A stretch of 64,000 nt of DNA from contig NW_027117340.1 in NCBI RefSeq assembly GCF_038025025.1, positions 1,984,001-2,048,000 of the forward strand, read 5' to 3'. Both the position numbers and the translations under genes were made by a program. Positions 1 through 12,721 of this stretch are shown here, one piece after another. Numbering within the stretch: the first letter of the stretch is position 1; the number at the start of each line of letters is the position of its first letter. The notes under the pieces are model-generated. The model saw nothing but the letters and a program-made list of their open reading frames with translations, made no database searches and had not been told where the DNA came from. The DNA comes from Phyllosticta citribraziliensis. Taxonomy: Eukaryota.

Positions 1-326
1 CCTAATCATCGTCATGGCTTGGGATCGACACGAGATGAAAGACAAAAGGTTGTAGTGAGTTGAGATGACTGCGAGCCTTGGGTGGGTGAGTGACGGGGAG
101 TATGGTCAATGAGCTGTGCCGGGTTTCTGCCGCTCCGCAGAGTCTTGGCCGCGAACCGGAGTCGACGATGCCGCCTGGCCTGATCCTGGGCACGGGCAGC
201 CGCCCGCTCCTCAAGGTTCAAAACAACTCGAAGAACCTTTTGGCGTCCACTTGTTGGAGCCTCACTCGACATTCGCGACAGGATCTTGCTTCCAGCGTTC
301 CCTCAAACCCCTTCGACATTGCCTCA

Positions 327-1149
327 ATGGCTTCCATACGTACCCTAAGCATCGTCGCGGTGCTCGCCGCAATTCTCTTTCCCGTGTACAACTGGCTGGA
401 AGCAAACCTCGAGAGCTTCTACATCTTCGATCCCACGGACCTTCACAGCCTATCCCTGCGCGCCATTGAGACTCACAGCAACGATACCAAGGCCATCGTC
501 AACTACATCACGTCTGAGCTGTCGGGGAGGGACTCTATCACGACCCATGTCAACATCGAGGAGGAGTGGGTTTTCAACAATGCTGGAGGGGCCATGGGAG
601 CCATGTATATCATCCACGCCAGTGAGTCCGAGGGTCCCTTGCAGGAATGAGTGAAGGCGCCGTACCAATCATCTTCCAGGTATAACCGAGTATTTGATCA
701 TCTTTGGTAAGCACAAGAAAGGTCGCAGCCTGGGGGTTTAGATTGTTGAACCAGATGCAGGCACCGCCATCGGCACCGAAGGTCACACTGGCCGTCACAC
801 GGCTGATGACTACTTCAACATCCTCACGGGCGAGCAGCGCGCCTATGTGCCCGGAGCATACGAGCCCGAAGTACGTGCCCTCGTTTATGCATGTCACTGG
901 CCATAGCTGATCGCCGAATAGGTCTACCCCGCCGGAAGTGTCCACCACCTGCACCGCGGTGATGTCAAGCAATACAAGATGGAGGCGTCCTGCTTTGCGC
1001 TCGAATATGCTAGGGGCTGGATTCCACCCATGCTTTTCTTCGGATACGCGGACACCTTTTCGAGCACGCTCGACTTTCCAACTCTTTGGGCTACAACTAG
1101 GATCACGGGTCGCGAGATGATTTCGAATCTGCTAAAGGGGAAGTTCTGA
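327..1149 (+). CDS. ERG2: C-8 sterol isomerase (ERG2/sigma-1 receptor family), 4 exons
   Basis: ATG 327; introns about 622-679, 707-760, 871-921. The spliced protein has [46 protein letters not shown] and [13 protein letters not shown] and ends LLKGKF-TGA. Confidence 0.96.
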
Positions 1150-1866
1150 GCGTGGTCGTGTCGTGTTTACCGTGCACTCTGAAGATATCCGAGGAACGGA
1201 ACAGGCCTCCCACGCCGCCAAGCGTCCAAGTCGAAGAGCACAATCACCGAAGGGCCGCAACCCCATGGCACCCGAGTCGGTCGCCAGCACCTTCGGCTTC
1301 GAGACATTTGTAAACGCCGAATGGCGGATCCACTGTAATGTGAACAATGCGATTGGGGAAAAACAAGTACAGCAACAAGCAGTGTCTTAGGCAAGTCTCG
1401 ATTTGATCACGAGTCTGCTGTGTAAATGGAATCCATGTTCAATATGAATGCGCAGTTGACGAAATGGTTGGTCGCGGCTAGCTCCGAATCTGCGGTTAAA
1501 GGCAAGCTACCCCGGAGATCCAGAGCGTTAGAGTCTCCTAGCGGCATGAGCGGCCCCTGTGGCTAACGGCTTTCTGCTCGAGCCGTCGCTAAAATATCAG
1601 TCTCCTTCCCAATCCAGGCAAAGTGCCCGTTGACCATAATGGCCTCTTCTCTGCTTGCACCGTCCCTCCAAGCAACCCGTGTACCCGTGGCCGTGCAGCT
1701 GTCGGCCATAGGGTAGCCGTGTGCCTTGCACGAGGAGCTGGCGGGTCTCCAACGCAAAGCTTATATAGACACTATGAATTGCATCTACGACTGCAACTCC
1801 ATGGGTGTCGCGCTCCCGCCGTTTTTCTTCCCCGGACCTGGACCTTGAGCCCACTGACCGCCGGTC

Positions 1867-3510
1867 ATGGCTTTCCTCAAGCTGTGCTCTTTGTCTTTCC
1901 TTTTGTCTACTGCCTTTGCTGCCGATACGTACGCTCCTGTTTCGGCAACATGCGCCTCGACGGCCCTGGTTCGCGATGCGTCGGGTCTCTCGACTGAAGA
2001 AACCACCTGGGCAGAGTCGCGCAAGGCCATTGCCGACGAAGCCTTAAAGACCTGGCTCGCAAAGCAAAATTCAGCCTGGGCAGACGCAACAACACTGCCA
2101 AAGCTGGCCCTCAGCAGCAGTGGAGGAGGATACCGTGCCATGCTTGGCGGTGCTGGAGTAATCAAAGGATTCGATTCGCGGGACAGCAACGTTTCGACCT
2201 CGGGACTCTGGCAAGCGCTGACATACCATGCTGGTTTGTCTGGCGGCGCCTGGCTCGTCTCGTCCGTGGCGGGCAACAATTGGCCGACCATTTCGTCTCT
2301 TGTCACCGGGTTGTGGGGTAATACGCTCGACGAGACCCTTTTGCTGGCCGAGGGCTTGGACGGCGCCATCGACATCGCGGCGGACCTCAAAGCAAAACAC
2401 AAGGCCGGTTTCGACACGACTCTGACTGACACCTGGGGCCGCCTTTTGTCCTATCAAATACTATACGGCGACAATGGAGGCGTCAACAAAACCCTGTCCG
2501 ATATTGCAGGCCTCTCAGAATACACTTCACACAATGCCCCCTTCCCGATCATGACCTCGACCGGCGTCAAGCTCTGGGAAGGAGAGTGCAAACCCGACAC
2601 CCTCGGAACGCAGTATGAGTTCTCGCCCTTGGAATTCGGATCATGGGACAGCGGCGTCGCGGCCTTCGTACAAACCGAGTACCTTGGATCCAGTCTCTCC
2701 AACGGCGCGCCATCCGGCGGTGACTGCGTGACCGGCTACGACAACCTGGGCTACATGTTCGGCACCTCGTCCTCACTCTTCAACCTGGCCTGCATCCCCG
2801 CCGAAGTCAACGCGACGGAGATTGGCACCCTGCTGTACGAGATACTGATCAAAGTCCACGAAGCCGCGACGAGCGATTTGTTCGGCGTTTTCCCCAACCC
2901 CTTTTACCAATACACTGCCTCGAGCGACATCGCCGACCAAGACACACTGTACCTGGTCGACGGAGCCGAGAGCAACCAAAACGTGCCGCTGTGGCCGCTG
3001 ATCCAGCCGGCGCGCGCAATCGACGTCATCTTCGCCAACGACCTCAGCGCCGACACGGACTTCAACTGGCCCAACGGCACGGGGATTCTGCAGGCGTACG
3101 AGACGGCGATGGCCGAGGGCCTGACGACCATGCCCGAGATCCCCTCGATAGAGACGTTTGTGTCCGAGGCCTTGAACACCAAGGCTGTCTTCTTTGGCTG
3201 CAACGACCCGGACGCCATCACCATCATCTATCTGCCCAACTTCAGTTTCTCGGCTGCTAGCAACGTCTCGACGCTGCAGCTCGAGTACGAGGCGATTCTG
3301 ACGAGTGGTATGTTCTCCTCTCTCATTGATCCCTCGAACTTTTGCTGACATTTTGACTGCACAGAACTCGTCGCCAACGGCGTGCAAATTGCCAGCAATG
3401 GCGGCAAAGCAGACTTTGGACCTTGCCTGGCCTGCGGCATCATGCAAAAGAGCGGCGCGACGCTGCCGAGCGAATGCACCGACTGCCTGGCGTCGTACTG
3501 CTACAACTAA
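1867..3510 (+). CDS. Secreted lysophospholipase / phospholipase B (PLA2_B family), 2 exons
   Basis: Signal peptide; SGGGYRAM, GLSGG nucleophile motif and LVDGAE. Intron 3308-3364 restores the C-terminus CLACGIM...CYN-TAA. No GPI-type tail is seen. Confidence 0.93.
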
Positions 3511-4883
3511 ATGCTCAGGCCCCGGATCTCCCCCTTGGTCAGCCTCAATCTACAAAGAGGCTTCTGATCTTTGCCGTTTTATTGCACCAAATACCACTTG
3601 TTCAATCATAGACCGATTAGAGATGAGAAAGCGAGCAAGCAAGCGAGCGAGTCGAGCGAAAAATTATTTCGGGTTGTTCCATGTTGAGCAAGCGAGGATG
3701 TCTTACTTGGATATGTATATTTATGAACCTGCCTTGAGCTTATTGCAGATGAAGCCTTTACTTCGCAACCCATTCTACTGCATTTACTCAATTGCTCTGT
3801 ACTTTGAACGAGATGCGCAGGCGGGTAGGACGAACAGCGGCTGATTGGTCTTCCAGCATTCTTTCGCCCGTATTGATTGATCCGTCCAGCCGACCAGACA
3901 AGGTAACATGTCCCTTACGCACCCCAGCCACCGAAGAAAGCGCGGAGGAGACGAAAAGCGCAAGCTCCGTGACTCTGTCATCTCCAGAAGCCATCCTGCC
4001 CTACCGAAATGAAGCTGGAGGCCATGTTGCTCGTGCGCGCGGGCGCAGGCTCGTGCTCTCTCTTGCTCGTGCTCTCATGCCGGCGCGTCCGGGTACCCGG
4101 AAACCTGTGAGATGAGGAGCTCGTGCCTGCACGACGCGCGACCGGGTGGCGACTCAGATCCGCAGCCGACTGAATCCAACAACGATGCCCGCGCCGTCCT
4201 GTCTGCGGACACTCGGCACCTGAAACAAAGCGATCAAGCAAGCAAGCGACAAGCGAGACGGCGCTGCGGAGGAGACGACTGGAGCGGTCGCCCCTCCCGT
4301 GCAGAACACGCGGAGCACGTGGGTGTGGTGGTGGTGATGCGCGTGCAGCGCAGCGCGGCGGCGCGACGCGGAGCTGCAGGGTGCTGCGTCAAGTGCCCGG
4401 AGCAGGACGTGGTTGGTGCGGTCCTTTGGCCGGGTTTGGCAAGTGGATGTGGGTCGATGGGGTGGTGTTCGGCTGTGTAGATGAGGTGGAGTCTGCGGAA
4501 GCGAAGTGAAGCGGGCACAATGGAGGCTGGATAGATGGACAGTTGGCTGGGACGAGATGCGGGTGGAAGAATGGTACGACTTGACGCCTGCCACGAGCAA
4601 AAGAAGAACGAATTGAAAGAGCGCGGAAATCATAGAGTGTCCAATATCGTAGATGGATGCAAGTTTTCTGCCAGCTGAGCGCATGGTCGACTCTGAATTC
4701 GGCAATTGTCCCGCGAATGCATGTGGTCTCCCAGGATATCTCCCCAATTACTGCAATCGTGATATCAGCGGTGCAAGGACAGAGGAATGCATTGTCGGCA
4801 GCTACTCGGCTTCTCGGCCGTAGTTGCTTGTATGCAGGGAGTACGCAGACACATGTAACTACATACCAGGTCGAGTGGTACTG

Positions 4884-6221
4884 CTAGCTGCTTGTCGATG
4901 CCAGGTTCCCCACTGTCCGCGCAAAAGAGGCCAGGGACCAGAAGGAGCCGCTGAAATCCATGTCGTACCTTTTTAGCCGCAAGGTGCGTGTCTTAGCGCT
5001 TGGACTGTGCAGGTTCTTTCTCTGTCTCAGCTGTGGGTGTACGTACCAGTAGTTGACGGCGACACAGATACCCTCTTCCGAGCAGCTTTGCGCCACTTTG
5101 TGATACCTACGCCACCACGCGCGATTAGCAGGAATTATTGGTCAGGTTTTTGATACCGGACGTACCACATGGCAGGTAGATAGAGCATGTCTCCTGGCTC
5201 CAGGGTCACCTTCAACGGCTTGGCCAGGTCAGAGAATGGACTAGTCCTTTTGGTCGGCGCATCAGGGTCCCAAATCGGACATGGCACCTTCGCGTCGCCT
5301 TCTGCCATGTTGACATCCAAGTTCCTAAGCTGCTCGTCGAGGATAACGTCTTCTGCGTCGCTTCTGCTGGCCACGCCTCTTGGGCCATAGCGTGCGGCCG
5401 GTAGTTCTTGTTCATTGACGCATGCAGACTCGACAGGCGGCAGTAGCGTAAAATGCTTACGGCCGAGGACCTGCACGTAGATATTCTCATAGTTATCCTT
5501 GTGCAGGACTGTCGTACTGTACGAGTTACCTAGCCAAAAGTTGATGGCGTCCGGTCCTGTTGGCTGCTCCAGAGCGATTCGAGCAAATGGTATATCGGCG
5601 GGCACATCCGCAAAAAGGGGCGTGTACTCTCCGCGGAGGTTGTCATTTTCTGTTGTTCACATTTTCAAAAATCAGTCCTCTGCATGCAGCAGCGGCCGGT
5701 GGTGTAGGCACGTCATTTGCCGCGAGTTGGGCTTCCTTACGGGTTTGTGCATATCTCCGGACTCGAGGCTCTGTTCCGCGTAGCTCCTGGTCGGCAATCT
5801 TGTCCAGGACCTGCGAAAACGGCTCTTCCCGCTCATACGGCTCGACGAATATCAGTCGTCCGTCAGACGTCTGGACAGCCGAGTCGGCATTCCCTTCGTT
5901 GGTGATGGCCACGTTGACGTTATGCGCCTTCAAGACCTCCTTGAGATGGGAGGCATTCCATTTTTTTAGGGCATCCCAATGCGCTGCGCCGGATCGTACG
6001 ATAAAAGGTCTGTTTCTTGCAACGTAGCGCATGAACTCCAGTGGGCTAGGCTCCTCATAGAGCTCATCCACCACATGTGCATTGAGCTCATGGTATGAAG
6101 TGATGAGTTCTAAGGGACGAGCTTGATTAGAGGTATGTTGTCGTGAGAGCAGATTTGGGGTTGGGCGTCAAATTCCTGTACCTCGAACTGAGTTCGCGAC
6201 ACGTTGGTCAGACAAGGCCAT
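4884..6221 (-). CDS. JmjC-domain protein, JMJD7-like (cupin, 2OG/Fe oxygenase), multi-exon
   Basis: ATG 6221 MALSDQRVANSVRE/LITSYHELN...PSPLEFMRYVARNRPF, YAQTQNDNLRGEY, LHKDNYENIY (HxD), GDMLYLPAMWYH, AVNYWYDMDF. Several GT-AG introns. Confidence 0.92.
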
Positions 6222-6708
6222 GATGTGGATGGACGTCTAAGGAATGCCCTTGGAATTCAGTTGAGAGAGAATCGAAAAGAGCATGAACTGCATGGCATTC
6301 TTGCAAAACGGGACTACGACTAACCGGTAAAGACCCTGGATTAATTTGATAGCAACTGTGAGTCCAGCTCGCGATGATCGGTGGACGAGAGTTGCCGGCA
6401 CCGTCACTGTGGAAATCGTAGGATTGGCACTTGGCCAAACAGTCACAACAAAGTCGACGGGAGCCGGTTGGAGATGGACGGTTCCGGTCCTTGCGTTGCA
6501 AGACGGGAAGGTTGATCTGCCGTCGACGAAGGAAGTTTGCCGAGCGGCATCCGAAGCTTAACCGTTACATCATTCCGCGTCCGCAGCGCGTTCAGGAACC
6601 ATTCTCAATCACACCAAACCCCCAAGGACCTGCTTGTCTCGACGCCGAGGCTCGTTGGTCGCCGACCAGTTTCCACAGCATCTTGGACTCAGCGTCGCTG
6701 CTCTTTCG

Positions 6709-7293
6709 ATGCCCGCTCGAGTCTGGCGCGCTGTCGCTGGCAGAGGCGTCAAGGATGCCAACCGCCTACTAGCCGGCTACATTAGTGCCTCTCTCATCCT
6801 TCACGCCTTTTGGACCTACGGCTTCACAATCAGACCGACTGCTGGCGCGTCAATGGTACCTACCTTGCCTACCTTTGGCGCCGCCGTCCTCATCTCGAAA
6901 CAATACCGACGCGGCCGCAACATCGAAGTGGGAGACCTCGTTTCCTTTGACCATCCGATGAAATTGGGCGAGGGGGCAATAAAGCGTGTGATTGGTCTGC
7001 CAGGCGACTTCGTGTTGCGGGATACTCCGGAGAAAGGCGATGGCATCATGTTACAAGTGGGTTGTGTTTGGACCTCAAAGGACTGGCAACGAGGCTGACG
7101 AAAGGTTGGCTAGGTCCCCGAAGGTCACATGTGGGTAGCTGGAGACAATCAGTCCGCTTCAAGAGACAGCAGGATGTTTGGGCCGATCCCGCTAGCATTG
7201 GTCCGAGGGAAAGTGCTTGCGCAGTTGTATCCCTTCAAGGATATGCACTGGTTCAAGAACGGAATGCAGGAGCCCGAGGAAGATTTGGACTGA
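6709..7293 (+). CDS. IMP1: Mitochondrial inner membrane protease subunit 1 (peptidase S26), 2 exons
   Basis: GASMVPTL (catalytic Ser), IKRVIGLPGD (Lys), intron 7057-7113, then VPEGHMWVAGDN...SRDSRMFGPIPLALVRGK. Confidence 0.9.
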
Positions 7294-9126
7294 CACCAAT
7301 GGCTATCTGGGACGATTTTGCAAACACGGAAGAACATCGCGGTTCAGAGGTAAGACCTTGACGATGTTTCTTGGCATGCAAGCTTCGTTGACTCTGTACA
7401 GAATATCGTCTGACCAGGACAAGGCCTTTAGGTGAAAAGATACGATGCAAAGTGAGGCAGCACAGCAAAACTCACATCAGAGACTGTGTTGTAGATGCAA
7501 ATATGCGGCCGCTTCCGTTTGGTGGACCCCACGCGACCATGAGCCGTCCAGTGGGTACATGTCTAAGCGACGGATGGCCAAAAGCAAAACCCGGCTGTTA
7601 CGGAACACTACCTTGTGTTGAGTGAGCGGGGAGAGGCATTGGCTGGTGTAAACCCTTGGTCAACGCGCGAACTCTCTCCACATCTTTCTGTTGGCTTGAA
7701 ACTTGGGTCTCATGTCGGTATGCCATGAGACGAAGGGACTCATTGCTCAGTGGCCAGCAACGCACACCGACACAGGGCTGTCGAGCCAAGTGCACTTTTT
7801 ATTTTTGGCATAGCAGGAATGCACTGCCTGGATCCAACCGCGATGTCTTCTCCCGTTCCGCCCCCATCGTGAGCGCACGATTCATGTCGCCAACACCTAT
7901 GTGACGTTTGGCGGCCAAATAGCTTCCACAGGGGATTACGACCAGACACGGAGAAATCAGGGATGGACTTGGTATTGAATAAGGCTGAATGTGGAGCAGG
8001 CTGCGGCTAAGGCACCAGTGGCATCATTGATACTCGATGTTGCGACTCGATGTGTGTAGGACAGCGGCAAATCAAAGAGTGCAAGAGCATCAATTTTATG
8101 GAACCACGACCACTCATTGCCGAAGTCAAAACTTGGCAGCATGCAGGTTGGACACCGGTTGTGGATAAAGATGGTGGTCAAGTCGAGCGACTCCTGTGAA
8201 GTCATACGGGGGAACAGACCAGTGAGGCTGGCTGTGCTGTGCAGATCAGGCCACTGTCCAGAGGGCGCAGAATGTCATTTACGATGCGAGCAGGAGCAGG
8301 AGAAGTGCCGGTGAGGTTGTCTACTTTGCAGACGGATGCGTCGAAGATATCAAGAAGATGGGTACGCTAGAGACGGGACGGTGCGGGAGAGTTCGAGGGT
8401 TGTTGGCAACGGGGTCTAGACTTCGGTAAGCGGAAACCAATCAGTGGAGAGGAAGATCTGAAAGCATGACCCCAGAAGTAAGGCGATCCCTCGGACGGGC
8501 GGGCCTGAGCGAAGCTCGAGCTGGTCGAGCAGCGCAGCACAGACGAGACGAGGTCGAAGTTGAAACGAGCGAGGCGAGGGCGAAGAAAGGGCGAAGAAAA
8601 CGGGCGCAGCAACAGCATCAAAAGATGAGATGCATCGATTGAGGCTGCGGTTCAATTAAGCTCGCCTGGCAAGCACCGGCACGTGTTAGCGGGCATGCTG
8701 ATTGGATTGCAGGCTTTCTTTCTTCTCGCCTTCGAGTCGAGTCGACGACGTGGGCGGCTGGCCCCCAGACAAAGGGACACGGCCCTGTGGCCTTGCCGCC
8801 CACCTCTGCTTTCATCTTTATTCGCTGCTCGAGTTACACTGCCAACCATGGCTTTCTCTGCTAAAATTATCCCTTCTCCCTTGTCTCGTCCTTGTCAAAA
8901 CCCCCAGGCCTGGCTTGCTGTTGTGTCCCTCTTCCACCACTCCACCTTCCTGTTCCTGCGTCACTTTTTCTCCGCCCATTCCTCCCCTGCCCTCCCCGCC
9001 CATTCCTCGACCTCATTCTCTTCACCTCCCTCCCGCATTCCCTTGCCTTTCCTGGGTCTCCTCATGGCCAAGGTCTAGGCTCGACCTCAATCTCCCATCG
9101 GAATTCTTCCGTCATATTATCGCAGC

Positions 9127-11460
9127 ATGACGACTACCAACCAAGGCGAGGGCGCTTTGTCGCCCGAGCCCGCAAAACAAACATCCGATGTTGAGGCCTC
9201 CGACAGGTCAACAGTGCCCGCGGGCTCCAAAAAGCCCGAGCGACTTGCATGCTTGTCCATGATCCCGCCCCGTTGGCGAATTCCCGCAGTCATTGGCCTC
9301 ACCATGCTCGTCGTTCTTTGCATCGTCCTCAGTACAGTCCTCAGTGTCGTGCTGTCTCGCGAACATCGACCTGGCCGCCACCAAGATCCCGAGGCTTTCA
9401 AACCAATAATTCCGCCATCATATCCCCTCGCCATCAAGAACCCGTATCTATCGGCATGGATTCCTGGCGAAAAGGCCCGGTCGCTGCCTTCGTCCAGAGC
9501 CGAGTTCTGGACGGGAACCAAGCTGGGATGGTCCGTCATGGCCAGTGTTGACGGCGACGTGTACCGCTTGTTTGGTGTCGAGAATGCGCTTGATTCCGTC
9601 AAGACTGCCACCGTGGTTGGGGCTCAGTACACCTCCACGAGGTCCACTTTCAATCTGACCGTTGGCGACGACGTTGGATTCTCTCTCGAGTTTTTGTCTC
9701 CAATTTTCCCTGGTGCTGATGACGAAAGTATGCGCAAGCAAAGTCTCCCTCTCAGCTTCTTGACCGTCACTGCATCGTCGAGCTCCAAGAAGACCATCAG
9801 GATTTACTCGGACGTCGACCACACCTGGCTCGGCAACAATTCTGTCCCGAAATTCAACTTGACCAAAGACGTGTCACATTCGACGCACGCGTGGTCTTGG
9901 GAGCGAGGAGACCCGCGAGTCTGGGAAGAGCGCGAGAACATGGCCTTGTGGGGTCAATTCATTTACTCTTCTATCGCTGAGGACGGTATCAGCATGACTT
10001 CGAGTTTCGGCAAGCGCGACGATATTCGCAAGGCCTTCATCCAGGACAAGAGGCTCGAGAACCTCGACGCCGCAGTTCCAAGCTGGAATGATTCTGGAGT
10101 TCCGGTCACCGGGTACGCCCACGATCTTGGAAAAGTATCTGGGTCCAAGAGCGTCTCCTTTGGAATAGGCATGACGCGAGATGCAGGAATTCTATTCTAC
10201 GGTGAAGAGCAGACTTATTACTACCGACACGCGTATCCAGAGTCATCGCCTATCAGAGCCATCGAAGACGCGTTTGTAAACCTCACGTCTACAAGGACCC
10301 TGTGCGACAATCTTGATCAAAAGGTCCGCTCTGAATCCCTGGCAGTAGGCGGTCCAAAGTACGCCGACATCACCACGCTTTCCTTGCGCCAAGTCTACGG
10401 AGCCCTGGACGTCACGATCCCACGAGCTTCGAAAGACACTTCCCAAGCATCTGTCTACATCAAAGAGATTTCTTCCAATGGCGACATTCAGACTCTGGAC
10501 ATTATCTACCCGGCGGCGCCGCTGTTTCACTGGCTGTCGCCAGAATATATCCGCTTAATGCTCCGCCCACTCGCAATCTACCTCGAGATCGGCCAGTGGC
10601 CTCACGATTGGGCAGTCCATGATCTAGGGGATCATAAGTACAAGGGAGGCTATCCAAAGGCCGTTGGACACGACGATGGCCAAAGCGAGGAAATGCCACT
10701 AGAGTCGACGGGCAACCTCCTTATCCTCGCATACATGTACTACAATTCTACACAGGATCGAAGCACGGCGCAACAATTCGCCAGCGACTACAAGCCACTA
10801 TTTACCAAGTATGCTACGTTCTTGCAACGCAACGGATCGATTCCGTCGGATCAACTGTCTACGAATGACGGCGCTGGCAAGCTCGCGAACCAAACCAACC
10901 TGGCCATCAAGGCGGCCGTCGGGTTGAATGCTTTTGGCCACATGTACGAGAACACGACCATGCAAGACGAGGCCCGGAATATGGCAGAGAAAATCACTTC
11001 GCCAGAATACGGTCTTTCTTCCGACGGCTCGCATCTGACTCTACGATACGGCCACGACGACTCGTGGTCCGTCATGTTCAACCTGTACCCTGACGTCCTC
11101 CTCAAGATGAACACATTCAACCAAACCACCTACCAGATGCAGTCGAAGTGGTACCAGCACCTCCAGGCAGACCGATCAGGCCCCGGCGTTTCAATTGATT
11201 CCCGCGGAGACTACGGCAGCACAAACTGGATGAGCTTCGCCGGCGCCACCGACCCGGAGAATGCAGCCGGCCAGACGGGCAAGCTCTTCATCAGCAAGAT
11301 CCACGAGTATCTGCAAAATGAGAGAAACAACGTGCCATTCTGCGATCGCTACTTTGTCGAGGGCAAGTTCGAGGGGCTCGCCAGTCCAAAGTTCCCCCGC
11401 GCTTTTCGTGCACGACCAGTCATTGGTGGACATTTTGCTTTCCTTGCACGGCGGCCATGA
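9127..11460 (+). CDS. Glutaminase A (GtaA)-like protein with N-terminal membrane anchor
   Basis: 777-aa intronless ORF with PPSYPLAIKNPYLSAW, KEISSNGDIQTLDIIYP, HDLG, EEMPLESTGN, QLSTND, NQTNLAIK and ARPVIGGHFA, which are GtaA-family motifs. Confidence 0.88.
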   Translation: MTTTNQGEGALSPEPAKQTSDVEASDRSTVPAGSKKPERLACLSMIPPRWRIPAVIGLTMLVVLCIVLSTVLSVVLSREHRPGRHQDPEAFKPIIPPSYPLAIKNPYLSAWIPGEKARSLPSSRAEFWTGTKLGWSVMASVDGDVYRLFGVENALDSVKTATVVGAQYTSTRSTFNLTVGDDVGFSLEFLSPIFPGADDESMRKQSLPLSFLTVTASSSSKKTIRIYSDVDHTWLGNNSVPKFNLTKDVSHSTHAWSWERGDPRVWEERENMALWGQFIYSSIAEDGISMTSSFGKRDDIRKAFIQDKRLENLDAAVPSWNDSGVPVTGYAHDLGKVSGSKSVSFGIGMTRDAGILFYGEEQTYYYRHAYPESSPIRAIEDAFVNLTSTRTLCDNLDQKVRSESLAVGGPKYADITTLSLRQVYGALDVTIPRASKDTSQASVYIKEISSNGDIQTLDIIYPAAPLFHWLSPEYIRLMLRPLAIYLEIGQWPHDWAVHDLGDHKYKGGYPKAVGHDDGQSEEMPLESTGNLLILAYMYYNSTQDRSTAQQFASDYKPLFTKYATFLQRNGSIPSDQLSTNDGAGKLANQTNLAIKAAVGLNAFGHMYENTTMQDEARNMAEKITSPEYGLSSDGSHLTLRYGHDDSWSVMFNLYPDVLLKMNTFNQTTYQMQSKWYQHLQADRSGPGVSIDSRGDYGSTNWMSFAGATDPENAAGQTGKLFISKIHEYLQNERNNVPFCDRYFVEGKFEGLASPKFPRAFRARPVIGGHFAFLARRP

Positions 11461-12094
11461 TTTTACGACACAATTCTCATGCATAGCAAGAGGGAAAGGG
11501 GTTTGGCACTTTAAACTTGGGAGGTCTTTGGGTTCTGTTTTGCATTGGCCGGTTCGGCGTTTGGTTTTGGTGGTACTTGTTTTGCTGCATGTGATATCCC
11601 AAAGAGAAGACTGTGCTAGCCGGACACCAAGGAGGTTTGCCGGCATGCTTTGAGCAAGGGAGAGGACTAGAGACCTCACAGAGCAGACCAACAGTAGAAT
11701 GAAGACGAGAAAAGCATTTTTCAAAATTAAGCTTTGCTCTAAGGTTATTACCATGTGCCAAGACTGCGTTGCAGGGGTTGTGCTCAGAGTCATGCTGGCA
11801 GAAGATGTGCTTCATGCTTGAGTCGCACCGCTTCCACTTCGTCTTGACTTTTGACCTCAACATTCTTTCCACAACCAAAGCACCGGTCACGACCAGGTAA
11901 TCGGAGAATTCTTTTTGAGTGATGGTGCAAAGACTCAAGACTAACAGGCAAAAGAACCGCGTGCACAGCAGCAATCTCACCACACTCAATCCCGCGCAAA
12001 AATTTCCATCCACCACCAACCGCAGTCGACGACATCACCGCTTCAACCTCATCCTCCCACCTTCGCAACCTTGACACTCGCATACAATCCCACC

Positions 12095-12721
12095 ATGTCA
12101 TCGCCAGACAAGACTCCAGACGCGCCGACCGCGACCATTGCCGCGACGCCCGAAGCAGTCGGCTTCAACAAAACGGCCAACCGGCTCTCCATGTGGTTGC
12201 TCTTCGCCTGCCCGGCCATTGCACTACTCCCACCACGCAAACTGGACATTTACACATACGGACTGGGTGCCATGACGCTGCTGTCGGCGGACCATCTGCT
12301 GCGGTGGCGGGGCGGTCGGTCGGGGATCCAGTACGCGGGGCGGGCGCTGGGCGCGGACACGCGGGTTGCCATGACGCCCGAGGAGTACGCGGCCATGGAG
12401 CGCAGGAGGGTTGAAGCGGCGGCGAACGCGACGTCCATCGACGGTCTGCCCACTGAGAAGGCGCGCGCGGTGCAGGAAGCGCTGCGCGAGCAGAAGCGGA
12501 AGAAGAAGGAGGAGGGCATGTTGACGAAGGTGTGGATGGGTGGTGAGGAGGAGGGATGGCAAGAGAAGCGGCTCAGGGAGGAGAGGGAGGCAATCGCGAG
12601 GGGCGAGGGCTATGGTGATTTGATCAAAAAGTACTTGGACGAGGCGTGGCCGTGGAGTAACAAGGAGAAGGAGGGCGCCGCCGAGGATGTGGAGAAGGGT
12701 AAAGAAGAGGGCAAGAACTAA
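12095..12721 (+). CDS. Conserved fungal hypothetical membrane protein
   Basis: CACCATG start; hydrophobic segment with LLPPRKLDIYT; charged C-terminus with WMGGEEEGWQEKRLREERE; coding-like composition. Confidence 0.8.
   Translation: MSSPDKTPDAPTATIAATPEAVGFNKTANRLSMWLLFACPAIALLPPRKLDIYTYGLGAMTLLSADHLLRWRGGRSGIQYAGRALGADTRVAMTPEEYAAMERRRVEAAANATSIDGLPTEKARAVQEALREQKRKKKEEGMLTKVWMGGEEEGWQEKRLREEREAIARGEGYGDLIKKYLDEAWPWSNKEKEGAAEDVEKGKEEGKN

Noticed and set aside
1..272. Minus-strand ORFs at the window start and the 79-aa N-terminal extension of the ERG2 ORF
   Set aside because: No recognisable protein; probably promoter/5' UTR. A divergent gene may start at the ATG near position 15 but cannot be evaluated.
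3600..4800. Several 60-200 aa ORFs between PLB and JMJD7
   Set aside because: No motifs and no consistent codon bias or splice model. An unannotated transcript cannot be excluded.
7950..8650. CT-rich minus-strand stretch with an 82-aa ORF and an ATGATG...CTGA pair suggesting a C/D snoRNA
   Set aside because: Box C is imperfect (ATGATGC), I could identify no rRNA guide, and the ORF is unrecognisable.
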